Shown in pieces: positions 62,372 to 64,000 of a DNA stretch of 64,000 nt; position 1 is the first letter of the stretch, and the number at the start of each line of letters is the position of its first letter. The position numbers were made by a program, and so were the translations under genes. Source of the DNA: Tubulanus polymorphus (Eukaryota > Animalia > Nemertea); assembly GCF_964204645.1 (NCBI RefSeq), contig NC_134032.1, positions 4,302,175 to 4,366,174 on the forward strand. Direction: 5' to 3'. The notes beneath the pieces are model-generated. The model did not search any database, was not told where the DNA came from, and worked only from the letters and a program-made list of their open reading frames with translations.

Positions 62372-64000
62372 TACTGTACTGTTGATAATATATACACGTA
62401 TTTGTTGTTAAGAAAAAATTATTTAAATCATTGAAGTTATTTCTGTTATTGGCTACGATTATGTATTATCTCTCTATACTACAGTTGTAAGATGTTTTAT
62501 AATATTTATTAGCCTACCGGCACCAGTAGGCCTATTTAGTTGTGCAATAAAAATGTGCTGTTGTTAGTGTTTTGCCTTTAATAGACCTACATACATTCTC
62601 AATTTTCCATTTTATTACCTTCTTATCTAACGGTCCTCCTTTCAGGTGTGATGAATTTTAGGATCAATTTCCCAAGCCAAAAATTCTTCGTGTTTGCATG
62701 ATTAAGCAGTCATCTCCCGTCACTTACAGTCTAGGCCACCGTTTGATTTCCAACGTGACAACCATGTAGTTTGTATGACAGTTAAGATACAGTTTTGGTA
62801 TCTAAAGCTTAGGTGTGAAAGATAACGGTACATCATCTATCTAATCCATCAAAATCCACGTGGAAACACCGTAATCAGGCAATCTTCCAAATCATTTCCG
62901 GGTTTGACTTCTGGGCACATCCATCGCATTGGGGACGGTGGGTAGCGTAAAGCCGAGGGAATATCGAAAATGAAAACCGGCTCGTGATTTTTCTGAAACG
63001 CGCATGGAAATTCGAATTTTTTATGTTAAAAGCCATCTAATAGGCAATATATATTAAATATTAAACAAAATGCGATCTAAGTTTTGTCTTAATTACCTAG
63101 ACGAAAAACTCCCTCCAACGGCCATTTGTGCAGTTTGTGATGCTACCATCCCTAACAAATTGGTATAACCCATATCCCCCATAAACAACATGGTATCGCC
63201 CGTTTTCAATAGCATACAAGCTGCGTGTAAATCGGCGTACAGTGCATTTCCGAACTTATGTGTTAGGTTTCCGAATTTACGTGACCGCAGCTTCCAAAAT
63301 TACGTTGGCATAAAAAACTTTAAAAATCAGTGCGTTTATCTATTCAAACCAACAAAAAAATGATTTTGACAATAATTTGGGCAAAAAACAAAAATGCATA
63401 TCGGAGCTTAATTGCCGATTACTGCTAATAATTGACGGAATCCACCGATCAAAATCGCATTTCTATAAATGTATTCCGAACTTACGTGGAGTTACCCTAA
63501 TAAGTTGTATAAGCCAAAAAATAGTTCTGTGGACCTTATAGTCACCCGCCGTTTTTGTCCGGACTGTGGTCCTGCCCGTGTCAGTTTCACTCCGATTTTT
63601 AGTGTTTCCCTCTCTTTTCCCTCCTTTTCTGTTGAACCGCGGCGTTGCTCGCCTTATATTTATGGTTTCTTATCGGTAGGCATCCTTTTTTTTCTGTGCA
63701 TTACGATATCTTGTTTTCTTTCATGTAGTTGCAGTGCGTTAGGGATGCTATTTAATATTAGCAATAGATTCTATATGGCATATTTGAGGATTGATTCAAC
63801 ATTGTGTAACGTTGTCGTTGACTCGTCTGATCACGCCATGTTTTCATGGATCAGTTGACGATGTTAAATTCCAGATCAAGATTAGAATTCATTTATGATC
63901 TTCATAGTCGACAATGCATTAAAATGTTATTAGTTGTAGAGAGTACCAGTGTATATTACCAAGTCCTGCAAACAGTAAGAAATGATCTAAAACCTGCATT

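Larger units (their letters stand above)
55387..63497 (+). mobile_element. pogo/Tigger-family (Tc1/mariner superfamily) transposon, full length with nested insertions
   Basis: TA|GGGTAACTCACTGTAATTTCGGAA ... TTCCGAACTTACGTGGAGTTACCC|TA; subterminal TTCGGAA repeats at both ends. Confidence 0.88.

Noticed and set aside
63469-63858. 129-aa ORF
   Set aside because: It starts inside the pogo TIR and reads into flanking DNA; no recognisable domain.

Overview
Eukaryotic nuclear DNA, probably from a marine bilaterian invertebrate (inferred from the transposon repertoire and GT-AG introns; species cannot be determined). The window is almost entirely decayed, nested mobile elements, and I see no clearly intact host gene. 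In order: a degraded AT-rich Polinton/Maverick-like endogenous virus end (1-6775) with a protein-primed PolB fused by deletion to a minor-capsid-like tail, a shared TAAATG start motif and a terminal 191-bp palindrome; a complete Rehavkus-like MuDR element (10162-15057) encoding PHD + OTU/vertnin-like protease + MULE transposase; BEL/Pao, LINE, Sola-like, P-like, Gypsy and Crypton-like remnants; Helentron-type HINEs carrying CTCF-motif arrays; a KDZ/HMGXB3-like fragment followed by a Josephin-family protease domain and PHD fingers; a Merlin transposase with a three-level nested insertion; a RAG1/Transib/Chapaev-like transposase with an internal PHD finger; and an intron-rich pogo element (55387-63497). 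Family assignments come from motif recognition by eye, with no database searches.
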